Shown here: positions 16,604 through 23,967 of the stretch, piece by piece
How positions within the stretch are numbered: the first letter of the stretch is position 1
Layout: every line of letters begins with the position of its first letter
Assembly: GCA_001766815.1 (NCBI GenBank)
Contig: LYOS01000003.1
Coordinates: 256,742 to 288,741, forward strand
Reading direction: 5' to 3'
DNA: 32,000 nt
Source of the DNA: Candidatus Syntropharchaeum caldarium
Lineage (GTDB): Archaea > Halobacteriota > Syntropharchaeia > Syntropharchaeales > Syntropharchaeaceae
Translations under genes and position numbers: made by a program
The notes under the pieces: model-generated
Databases searched by the model: none
What the model was told of the DNA's origin: nothing
The model's input: only the letters and a program-made list of their open reading frames with translations

Positions 16604-17039
16604 CGCTCCTCCTCCTGTAATCTTCTATCGCTTCTTTCAGTGTGTTTACCGCGAGAACCGGGCAGTGGAGATGGTCCTCTGGCAACTCCTCCAGAACCTG
16701 CATGATATCCTGATCCTCGATTCTGGATGCCTCCTCGATCGTTTTACCTTTTACAAGCTGGGTTAATACGGAAGCAGATGCGATCGTGGGACCACATCCA
16801 TCTGTAAGGAACCTGATATCGATGATCCTGTCATGATCGACCTTAAGGGATATCGCTACCGTATCACCGCATGAACCTGTTATCGTTCCTTCTCCATCAG
16901 GGCTCTCGATCCTGCCCACGTTCCTCGGGTTGATGGCTTCCTCAACGACGCGCTCACTGAATTCCTTGAGTGCATCTTCGATGATCGATCGTTGTATCTC
17001 ATCTGCGATCTCATCGAGTGTTGAGGCTTTGGCTGTCAT
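16593..17039 (-). CDS. NifU N-terminal / IscU-like iron-sulfur cluster scaffold protein
   Basis: Three cluster-ligand Cys in the canonical contexts GSCGD, DGCGP and HCPVLA. I set the start at ATG 17039 (MTAKAS); the track start is a TTG at 17054. Confidence 0.85.
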   Translation of the reverse strand: MTAKASTLDEIADEIQRSIIEDALKEFSERVVEEAINPRNVGRIESPDGEGTITGSCGDTVAISLKVDHDRIIDIRFLTDGCGPTIASASVLTQLVKGKTIEEASRIEDQDIMQVLEELPEDHLHCPVLAVNTLKEAIEDYRRRSVED

Positions 17040-17051
17040 GGTATCATCACA

Positions 17052-17101
17052 CAAAAAAATAAAAAGAGCTTAGGCTCACTTAAACCTTACCTCTTAAGCT
17101 C
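17052..17101 (-). terminator. possible terminator: imperfect hairpin plus oligo-U tract after the DUF5320 gene
   Basis: The minus-strand RNA reads GAGCUUAAG-N18-CCUAAGCUC (7 bp, one A.C mismatch, then 1 bp), followed by UUUUUAUUUUUUU (plus-strand A-run 17052-17065). The stem is weak and the loop large. The oligo-U tract alone fits archaeal termination. Confidence 0.35.
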
Positions 17102-17356
17102 TTCCAGTCTTCGCTTTATCTGATCAAGCTGCGCCTCAAGCATCTGGATCTCCTGCTCCTTCGTCATACCTGCAGGTGCTCCCATTGGAGCCTGTTGCGC
17201 CCGCTGCTGCATCCATGAAGTAAACTGCGGCATCTGCCCGGTCTGGCTCAGATACTGTGCTCCTGGTGGCATTCCTCCCCAGCCAGGCGAATAGCCAAAT
17301 CGCATCCATCCAGGCAATCCAGTCGCGTAATACATGTTTCTCCATCCTCTTGGCAT
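17087..17356 (-). CDS. DUF5320-family protein (Gly/Pro/Met-rich N-terminus plus C-terminal coiled coil)
   Basis: Begins MPRG..., has a low-complexity G/P/M/W-rich middle and ends KEQEIQMLEAQLDQIKRRLEELKR. I moved the start to ATG 17356, 6 nt after AGGAGGTGA. Confidence 0.7.
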   Translation of the reverse strand: MPRGWRNMYYATGLPGWMRFGYSPGWGGMPPGAQYLSQTGQMPQFTSWMQQRAQQAPMGAPAGMTKEQEIQMLEAQLDQIKRRLEELKR

Positions 17357-17391
17357 ATCTATCACCTCCTTTTACACTTTTATCGTAAATT

Positions 17392-17568
17392 TCATGGTCT
17401 TATCATCCTCGCCCCACACTTGGGGCATGTCTGCTGGTAGCATGGCACACCACGCTGATGGGGTACTGTTGTTCCACAGCTCGGGCACCTACACTCACCG
17501 CCGGGTCCAAGTCCACGTCCACCGGGCATTCGACCTCGTCCACCACCTCCTCTGCCTATACCTGCCAT
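17392..17568 (-). CDS. 58-aa Arg/Gly-rich zinc-ribbon protein, missing from the ORF track because it is under 60 aa
   Basis: My translation: MAGIGRGGGGRGRMPGGRGLGPGGECRCPSCGTTVPHQRGVPCYQQTCPKCGARMIRP. GGAGGTGA lies 7 nt upstream of the ATG and is embedded in the stop region of the upstream gene. Two CPxCG knuckles. The ORF fills an otherwise empty 208-bp gap in a tight operon. Confidence 0.6.
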   Translation of the reverse strand: MAGIGRGGGGRGRMPGGRGLGPGGECRCPSCGTTVPHQRGVPCYQQTCPKCGARMIRP

Positions 17569-17573
17569 TCATA

Positions 17574-18149
17574 TCACCTCCCAACTTTCCTCTTCACTTC
17601 TTCCAGTTCTTTCTCGAGCTTATCTACACGCTCCAATAACGCATCTATATTCGTGCTCGGCTGAGGTGGCACCTGCTCTGGCATGCCCATGCCTCTGCCA
17701 CCACCTCCGCCACCGCGTCCCATTCCACGTCTTCCGCCCATACCCATACCTGCCCCTCCACCAGCAAATGTTTCAGGTGTAGATGGAGGCATCCCGGCGT
17801 GGCCTGGAACGGTTGCACCAGCGGTCTCACTGAGCTTACCGGCTCTGTACATCTCGATTGCATCCCTGATCGTGCCTGATGCACCTGTTAACACCCGCAC
17901 ACCAGCGGCAGTTAACGTCTGGAATGCATTTGGGCCAACGTTCCCTGAGATGAGGACGTCAACCCCTCTATTTGCAACTGTCTGCGCTGCCTGAATTCCC
18001 GCACCCGATGAAGCCCCGATGCCCTCGTTGGGAATCGCTTCAAACTCCATTGTGTCAGGGTCAATAATCATGAAATACTGGCACCTGCCAAAGCGTGGAT
18101 CAACCTGTGCATCAAGATCGCTTCCTGTCGAAGTTACACATATTTTCAT
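17574..18149 (-). CDS. NifX/NifB-C-like domain fused to a Gly/Met/Arg-rich linker and a DUF5320-like coiled-coil tail
   Basis: Residues 1-110 (MKICVTSTG...DPRFGRCQYFMIID...GVDVLISGNVGPNAFQTLTAAGVRVLTGASGTIRDAIEMY) form the FeMo-cofactor-binding-type fold. These are followed by GGGAGMGMGGRRGMGRGGGGGGRGMGMP and LLERVDKLEKELEEVKRKV. Confidence 0.85.
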   Translation of the reverse strand: MKICVTSTGSDLDAQVDPRFGRCQYFMIIDPDTMEFEAIPNEGIGASSGAGIQAAQTVANRGVDVLISGNVGPNAFQTLTAAGVRVLTGASGTIRDAIEMYRAGKLSETAGATVPGHAGMPPSTPETFAGGGAGMGMGGRRGMGRGGGGGGRGMGMPEQVPPQPSTNIDALLERVDKLEKELEEVKRKVGR

Positions 18150-18167
18150 TCAAACGCCTCCTTATAC

Positions 18168-18184
18168 GAATATATATTCAAAAC
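18168..18184. promoter_or_regulatory. 17-bp motif GAATATATATTCAAAAC (copy 1, contains the 12-bp palindrome GAATATATATTC) upstream of the NifX-fusion gene
   Basis: Exact repeat of 18600-18616. On the minus strand it directly follows a TATA-like TTTAAATA and precedes AAGGAGG and the ATG at 18149. Confidence 0.5.
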
Positions 18185-18187
18185 TAT

Positions 18188-18595
18188 TTAAAGATTTTGG
18201 TCAACACCCCTCCCATGTCTGCCTCGACCTCTGTAAAAAATATTCGTACTACCACAGCTCGGACACCGCTCAGCAAAATCACCCCACTCACTTCTGCAAT
18301 CACGGCACAGATTTCTAAGCGTGTAATCCCCACCATAGACCCGTATAGCCTTTCCATTAACGAGAGCATCCACAACCTTACGCCTCGCCTCTGTCAGAAT
18401 CCTGTGAAATGTAGATTGCGAGACACTCATCATCTTTGCAGCCTCGGTCTGATCCTTCTGGAGAAGATCCTTCAGCCTAAGGCTCTCAAGCTCCTCTACC
18501 TTGAGTATCACCTCTCCAGTGGGCCGTTCTCGCGGCGCAAAATAACTGAAATCAGGATTGAAGCCAACCCATCTGCAACGTCTTGGTCTCGGCAT
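18188..18595 (-). CDS. DUF134 (UPF0251) putative DNA-binding protein with C-terminal zinc ribbon and RG-rich tail
   Basis: Canonical DUF134 start MPRPRRCRWV. HTH region LLQKDQTEAAKMMSVSQSTFHRILTEARRKV. C-terminal CRDC...CPSCG followed by YRGRGRHGRG. I moved the start from the track's 18613 to ATG 18595. Confidence 0.85.
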   Translation of the reverse strand: MPRPRRCRWVGFNPDFSYFAPRERPTGEVILKVEELESLRLKDLLQKDQTEAAKMMSVSQSTFHRILTEARRKVVDALVNGKAIRVYGGDYTLRNLCRDCRSEWGDFAERCPSCGSTNIFYRGRGRHGRGVDQNL

Positions 18596-18599
18596 ACAT

Positions 18600-18616
18600 G
18601 AATATATATTCAAAAC
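18600..18616. promoter_or_regulatory. 17-bp motif GAATATATATTCAAAAC (copy 2) immediately upstream of the DUF134 gene
   Basis: Exact repeat of 18168-18184. On the minus strand it follows a TATA-like TTAATATA and ends 4 nt before the DUF134 ATG. Confidence 0.5.
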
Positions 18617-18712
18617 AGTATATTAATGGTTTGCTGCATGCTCGATATACTGCACGTCAAAATCAACCGCCATCTCAAGTTATGGTTATATATGTTTCAA
18701 TCCCATTCTGAT

Positions 18713-19309
18713 ATGATGTTTCTACAGGTACTGGTTGCCGTATTTGTGATCGCCGATCCTTTCGGGAACACCCCAATTTTTCTCGCACTCACCGAAGGGC
18801 TCGATAGCTCAACTCGTAGAAAAATCATATCAAAAGCTGTCTTTATCGCCACTGCAACATTAATTCTCTTTGGAATGATGGGAAAAGCACTGCTTGGGCT
18901 TCTCGGGATCTCGATCGCCTCTTTCAGGATTGCAGGCGGTATTCTCCTCCTTATAACAGCACTCCAGATGCTTTTCGGGTCACCGAAGGCAGAACCATAC
19001 CTCGATGACTGGGAAGGGATCGCGGTTGTCCCACTGGCAATACCGCTTCTCGCAGGGCCTGGAACCATCACTTCTGTTATGGTCTTTATGAGCGCTGCTA
19101 TGACGATCATTGATCGCATCTCTGTACTTGCTGCAATTGTAATAGCGATGCTCGGCACGTGGGCAATCCTGCTAAACGCTGATCGGCTGTATGTAATTTT
19201 AAAGCGGGAAGGTACGATATACCTGACAAAGATCATGGGAATCATCCTGTCTGCAATCGGAACAGAGATGATATTACACGGCGTTAAGGGCTATTTTTAT
19301 ACTGTCTGA
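18713..19309 (+). CDS. MarC-family (UPF0056) integral membrane protein
   Basis: FVIADPFGNTPIFLALTEGL, a MarC signature, and six predicted TM segments. I set the start at ATG 18713, about 25 nt after a TATA-like GTTATATAT, which would give a leaderless transcript. The track start at 18626 adds a non-homologous extension. Confidence 0.85.
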   Translation: MMFLQVLVAVFVIADPFGNTPIFLALTEGLDSSTRRKIISKAVFIATATLILFGMMGKALLGLLGISIASFRIAGGILLLITALQMLFGSPKAEPYLDDWEGIAVVPLAIPLLAGPGTITSVMVFMSAAMTIIDRISVLAAIVIAMLGTWAILLNADRLYVILKREGTIYLTKIMGIILSAIGTEMILHGVKGYFYTV

Positions 19310-19316
19310 ACAGATT

Positions 19317-19955
19317 TCATTCCTTCTCAACCAGACGCCATGGCACAGAACTCAGAGCATCCTTTGCCATTGTTTCATCCATGCCAGAAAGTTTTGCAAG
19401 TGCGATAATCTCTCTCGGCGCTCGTACACCATAGGTCGTTCTGGCACCAGCGGTGAGCACAACCTGCGTACCGTACTTCCTGACAAGTTTCATATTCTCC
19501 TGCATTATAAAAAGCGCCCTTGTTCGATTCTTGCCTCGTGCATAGATCAGGTCAGAAAGATTGAACTCGATCGCAATTCCCTTGCCTGATGCAAACCTCA
19601 TCATGATGTGATTCATCCTGCCTGGATGTGCAAGGAGATCAACCCTTGAATCAGAAGAAGCAGCACGGTCTATTATCTCATTTCCCCCATGAACAGCGAG
19701 AATATCGACGCTGGGACGAAATTTATTGATCAATCTCCCAAGCTCACGGGGGGAAGATGCTCGTATCTCAACGCCCCAGAACAGCTTGAAACCTGGTGGA
19801 AGTTCGATATCAGGGTATGGGAACCAATTATCTGAGTGGTTCAGAATCACGCACCCACTATACCCATATTTATCAAGCTGCCCCACCATTTGCTCAAGCT
19901 CTGCCTCTCCATCGGGCTTTACATGAACATTGGGATCAATATATGTCCTTTTCAT
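19317..19955 (-). CDS. rnp3: RNase P protein component 3 (Rpp30, PHP/TIM-barrel fold)
   Basis: 212 aa. DILAVHGGNEIIDRAASSDSRVDLLAHP...GIAIEFNLSDLIY...VVLTAGARTTYGVRAPREIIAL follows the archaeal Rpp30 pattern, including its length. Confidence 0.72.
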   Translation of the reverse strand: MKRTYIDPNVHVKPDGEAELEQMVGQLDKYGYSGCVILNHSDNWFPYPDIELPPGFKLFWGVEIRASSPRELGRLINKFRPSVDILAVHGGNEIIDRAASSDSRVDLLAHPGRMNHIMMRFASGKGIAIEFNLSDLIYARGKNRTRALFIMQENMKLVRKYGTQVVLTAGARTTYGVRAPREIIALAKLSGMDETMAKDALSSVPWRLVEKE

Positions 19956-20001
19956 CTTTTCACCTGAATGAACTTCGGGAGCATACTTTCCTCTTTTAAC
20001 G

Positions 20002-20226
20002 TCACTTCAACTTTGAGAGAAATTCCTCTCTTTCTATCTTTGCCTGTTTCATAATAGAGATTAACGTTCCTTTGGCTAATTCATGATGATTCGGAACTGT
20101 AACAAGCAGTTTTTGCTCTTCATTCCACAAATGGATGTGACTTCCAGTTTGACGGTAAACTTGGAATCCAAACTTACTCAGAACTTTAATAACGTCCTTA
20201 GCTGACAGGACGGGAAGTTTGGACAT
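20002..20226 (-). CDS. hicA: HicA-family toxin (mRNA interferase, dsRBD-like fold)
   Basis: 74 aa; LSAKDVIKVLSKFGFQVYRQTGSHIHL...VPNHHELAKGTLISIMKQAKI is the canonical HicA pattern. The codon composition is AT-rich compared with the neighbours. Confidence 0.85.
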   Translation of the reverse strand: MSKLPVLSAKDVIKVLSKFGFQVYRQTGSHIHLWNEEQKLLVTVPNHHELAKGTLISIMKQAKIEREEFLSKLK

Positions 20227-20428
20227 ATTTTTCTACCTCAATATCCAAAAATGAGACTTTCCAATCCTTTGGAGCAAGTTCCATAAGAATTTGATAATGT
20301 TCTTCAAGCCCTTTTTTTAAATTTGCTACCGCTTCTTCTTCTGTCAGTCCTTGATCTGCTACATTTGTTATCAGGTCTACAGCTACAAAATATTTATCTT
20401 CTCTGTATATCTGGATTATAGTTTTCAT
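20198..20428 (-). CDS. hicB: HicB-like antitoxin (UPF0150 N-terminal fold only, no obvious DNA-binding domain)
   Basis: 76 aa; KYFVAVDLITNVADQGLTEEEAVANLKKGLEEH matches the HicB/UPF0150 core. It overlaps hicA by 29 nt. Confidence 0.7.
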   Translation of the reverse strand: MKTIIQIYREDKYFVAVDLITNVADQGLTEEEAVANLKKGLEEHYQILMELAPKDWKVSFLDIEVEKYVQTSRPVS

Positions 20429-20894
20429 ACTATCCCCAAATACATAAGATATAGAACGCTAAATATTAAAAGCATTAATAATATCGCTATTGTTCCACCT
20501 CTGATCACTTTATAATCATCTATCATTTATCCACTACCATGTTACTAAAGTCTCCATGGACTATCTTAATAAGTTCAATTTCTAAATTGAGATTTTGGTT
20601 TGAGTGATCCTGTGTCATGAGGGGAAAAGATTTTTCTTCTGCTATCAAGTATAATTTTACTTCTCTAAATTAATATACTTTTCTATCCCTAATCATAAAA
20701 AAGTCACGATACCCGCCCACATCTTTTTTATCTATGCTCAACCACCCCATGGCAACCCCGTTACCACAGATTGATCAGGACGCCAGTTTTTTAGATGTGA
20801 AATTCGCCGGTGTAATTCATCACTCCATTCCACCTTTTCGATATAAAAAGTTACGGAATACTCTCACTGGTACTGGATGAAGGAGTGGCATGAT

Positions 20895-21857
20895 TTATTT
20901 TGATGCATAAAAATCACTGTTTCTCATCCCCCTGAAATGATCATACCCCAGAGGAGAGAGCCTGTCTCCCGCTCCTTTCGCAACAACAGAGCCGATCACG
21001 GTGAAATCAACTAACTCCTCAAGTTCATCAATTTTCTCACGCCGAACCGTGAAGAGAAGCTCATAATCTCCACCAGCAGACCACGCAAACTCCAACAGAT
21101 CATCAGAATAGACTGGAATCTTCTCTTCATCGATCTTAAAACTGATCCCTGACGCGCGAGAGAGGTCAGAGAGCGATACCAAAAGTCCATCACTGATATC
21201 TGTCATTGAGGTGACATATCCTGAGTTAGAAAGTATCAAACCCTCCTCAACACGAGGAAATGGCTCAAGCAGTGCTTTAACAAGTGGGTTTGTTTGATCA
21301 AGATTCTCATCTTCCTTGAGTAGCCTTAAACCCCCACCAGCACTCCCGAGATACCCTGTAACGCAGACAAGATCCCCAATGCTGGCGCCGGATCTACGAA
21401 CAATTTTGCCATCTCCAGGGGTTCCGATCACGGTTCCGGTGAGTGTTATCTCATCATGCGAGTCGAGATCACCTCCGATCACTTCTACACCAAAACGAGA
21501 TGTGCAGGATTCAATACCCGAAATAAGCTCTTTAAAGGATTCAAGCTCGAAATCAGATGGAAGTCCGAGCGCACTTAAAAAATAAAGTGGTTTCGCACCC
21601 ATTGCAGCAATATCACTCAGATTCACCGCAACAAGACTCCATCCCATCTGGTATGGGGTCATCTGGGCTGGAAAGTCGGTCTTCTGGTGGAGCATATCCG
21701 ATGAAATGAGAATCTGTGCACCCTGTATTTCAACAACCGCGCAATCCTCCTCTTCACAGTCAAAGTAAGATGATACAAGCTCAATCAGCCTTCGCTCACC
21801 CGCATCACGCAGTAACTCGCTCAAAAGCCTCTCTCCTCTCAAGTGGCATGGTCGCAT
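20895..21857 (-). CDS. thiL: thiamine-monophosphate kinase (AIR-synthase-related fold)
   Basis: GERRLIELV, DCAVVEI...ISSDMLHQKTDF and MGWSLVAVNLSDIAAMGAKPLYFLSALGLP are ThiL motifs. The start is uncertain (ATG 21857, TTG 21842 or TTG 21824), and every option overlaps the UbiD 3' end. Confidence 0.7.
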   Translation of the reverse strand: MRPCHLRGERLLSELLRDAGERRLIELVSSYFDCEEEDCAVVEIQGAQILISSDMLHQKTDFPAQMTPYQMGWSLVAVNLSDIAAMGAKPLYFLSALGLPSDFELESFKELISGIESCTSRFGVEVIGGDLDSHDEITLTGTVIGTPGDGKIVRRSGASIGDLVCVTGYLGSAGGGLRLLKEDENLDQTNPLVKALLEPFPRVEEGLILSNSGYVTSMTDISDGLLVSLSDLSRASGISFKIDEEKIPVYSDDLLEFAWSAGGDYELLFTVRREKIDELEELVDFTVIGSVVAKGAGDRLSPLGYDHFRGMRNSDFYASK

Positions 21858-23061
21858 CAATCCCAACCTTTGTTGATGTGCCATCATCTGCCGCCGAAGG
21901 GTCGAGTGATGAACCACGTGCCCCAGGAATCACTACAAGATCCTTATCCCACCTCACACGGGTTGCCAGGGCATATTCAAGATCGTTTGGGTTAAAAAGA
22001 TCGATATCCTCATCCACAACAACAACCTGCTTTACTCCTGGTGCTGCTGCAAGCGCCGCAACTATCGCATTCTTGCCATCACCTTCACGCACCTTTCTGA
22101 TAGAGACGGCTGCATGGAAATATGTGCACCCGCCCGCTGTCATGACAGCATTCTTTGCATCAGCCACATGGCGCACGGCCTTCAGTATCAGAGGCTCGTA
22201 GGGCGTACCCATCAAAAGCTGATGTTCTCTGCCACCAGGTATGATCGAGTGATAGATCGGATCCTTCCTGTGATAGATCTGCGTGAGTTTTATGACAGGT
22301 TCAGAGCGCACTTCGTCGTACGTGCCTGTAATATCTACAAAAGGACCCTCGTTGGCCCTTTCTTCAGGATCGATCTCGCCTTCAAGTACAATCTCAGCAT
22401 GTGGTACAGCAATCCCATTATCGAGCCTGAAAAGCTCAACAGGTGCATTTCTGAGCATAGATGCATACTTGAACTCAAATCCAGGCTCAACTCTTGTCCC
22501 TGCTGCAAATAAGATCACTGGATCTACTCCTATCGCAATCCCAACTTTAAGTCCAACTCCCTGCTCACGCGCTTTTTTATGAAGCAGGTAGGTATGTCTT
22601 GGTGGAACGAGCCGTGCAGCAAGTTTATTTTTACCGATTACCATCAGGCGGTGAAAAGAGGCATTCACGATCCCATCAAACTCAGCCACAACGATCCCCG
22701 ACGTGATGTACGCACCCCCATCTGCCTCAAAGAACTTCATGATTGGGAGTGTGGTAAGATCTGCATCCTCCACAACTTCACGGGTCGGAGAATCATCGAC
22801 CACCCTGACCTCACTCTCGCTGGGGAGATCTACAAGATGTGCTGCGATATGCTCTTTTTTAACTCCAAGCACCTTTGAGAGAATGTTTCTCGACCCGATA
22901 AGATTCACACATGCTCTTTTCCCTGATAGATCTTTGAAGAGTATCGGGCTATCCGTCTTCCTTGCGATCCTGCATGCCTCAAGTTCAGGGGAGACAGGCT
23001 CATCGATCTCGATCAGTTCACCACACTCTTCAAGTTCATCCAGAAATGCTCTGAAACTCAT
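21805..23061 (-). CDS. UbiD-family (prenylated-FMN-dependent) decarboxylase, short archaeal type; candidate anhydromevalonate phosphate decarboxylase
   Basis: MSFRAFLDELEECGELIEIDEPVSPELE N-terminus and overall UbiD architecture; 418 aa. The family call is strong; the substrate assignment is inference only. Confidence 0.85.
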   Translation of the reverse strand: MSFRAFLDELEECGELIEIDEPVSPELEACRIARKTDSPILFKDLSGKRACVNLIGSRNILSKVLGVKKEHIAAHLVDLPSESEVRVVDDSPTREVVEDADLTTLPIMKFFEADGGAYITSGIVVAEFDGIVNASFHRLMVIGKNKLAARLVPPRHTYLLHKKAREQGVGLKVGIAIGVDPVILFAAGTRVEPGFEFKYASMLRNAPVELFRLDNGIAVPHAEIVLEGEIDPEERANEGPFVDITGTYDEVRSEPVIKLTQIYHRKDPIYHSIIPGGREHQLLMGTPYEPLILKAVRHVADAKNAVMTAGGCTYFHAAVSIRKVREGDGKNAIVAALAAAPGVKQVVVVDEDIDLFNPNDLEYALATRVRWDKDLVVIPGARGSSLDPSAADDGTSTKVGIDATMPLERREAFERVTA

Positions 23062-23889
23062 TCAAACAACTCCAAAACGTCTTGATAGTACTGCTGCAAA
23101 TTTAACCGATCCACTGTAACTCCCTCCTGCACGGGACGTGTCAACAAATGTTTTTCCAAGCTCATGGTGAACGGCTGCACCCCATGCACTCCCGCGCCCA
23201 AGAAATGTCAGTGTCCTGAAGATCAGATTGCCTGAAATGCCATCTGGGGCGATTATCAGGTTTGATTCACGAACCGCATCCTCAATCAGAATTTCATGGT
23301 GATGAACAGGATACCCCATCTGGGAGACCACATCAACAAGCGCCTTCCCTTCTTCAAGTGACCTATCGACACGCGCACTCCGTCCAGTATCACCAAGTCT
23401 TCCACCGGAGAGTATTCCAACCCTTGCCTTCATGCCGAAATTCTCAAGGATTCTTATACCATTCTCGATGAGCCTGAGTCTATCCTCAAAATTATCTCCC
23501 TCATCTATTCCAACCGGGGCAAAGAGAAACGGATCGAGATCAACAGGTTTTAGGAGTGCAACTCTTGCAAGGTTTGTGATACCCGACCTTCTTTTAAGAT
23601 AGGATAGCGTACTGGATGCTGGAAGTGAACCCCTGATAGCAGCATCAACCTCGTCGTTCATCAGTAGATCTACAAGTTCCTGCTCTGGTTTATCCGATAC
23701 AATGACTTTGCCCCCAACATCCTTGAGTTTGACCTTTGAACCTGTGACAAAGACCGGTTCTATAATCTCATCAATGCCTTCAAGCATCGAGAATGTTCTA
23801 TCGTCATTGACGCCGATAGCTATCCTGCATCGCCTGGGTAAATTGTTCTCGATGAATGAAAAGAGATTGTTATCTGGTCTAACTGCCAT
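23062..23889 (-). CDS. phosphate acyltransferase (PTA/PTB/PlsX) fold protein, MtxX / methanogen-marker-4-like
   Basis: C-terminal [32 protein letters not shown]...FVDTSRAGG mirrors the PTA-family D.A...PD..xGN..yK...dxSRg pattern. At 275 aa it is shorter than a true Pta. Its stop abuts the UbiD ATG with no gap. Confidence 0.5.
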   Translation of the reverse strand: MAVRPDNNLFSFIENNLPRRCRIAIGVNDDRTFSMLEGIDEIIEPVFVTGSKVKLKDVGGKVIVSDKPEQELVDLLMNDEVDAAIRGSLPASSTLSYLKRRSGITNLARVALLKPVDLDPFLFAPVGIDEGDNFEDRLRLIENGIRILENFGMKARVGILSGGRLGDTGRSARVDRSLEEGKALVDVVSQMGYPVHHHEILIEDAVRESNLIIAPDGISGNLIFRTLTFLGRGSAWGAAVHHELGKTFVDTSRAGGSYSGSVKFAAVLSRRFGVV

Positions 23890-23967
23890 TTCTCAAATCG
23901 CCACTTTTTATGCTCATCTACATAAATGGAGTTGAAAAGATGGGTAGATGACCAAATAAATATTATT

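Noticed and set aside
17683-17994. Proline-rich 103-aa plus-strand ORF (MPMPLPPPPPPRP...)
   Set aside because: It is the reverse complement of the Gly-rich (GGN) linker of the NifX-fusion gene. Poly-Pro is the expected antisense artefact of poly-Gly coding.
18697-19245. 182-aa minus-strand ORF
   Set aside because: It is antisense to the MarC-family gene, which carries the family signature and a coherent TM pattern. The ORF has no motifs of its own.
20734-20880. 48-aa plus-strand ORF (MLNHPMATPLPQIDQDASFLDVKFAGVIHHSIPPF...) in the ORF-free spacer
   Set aside because: No SD or TATA context, no recognisable motif, and opposite orientation to all neighbours. It could be a gene remnant but cannot be supported.
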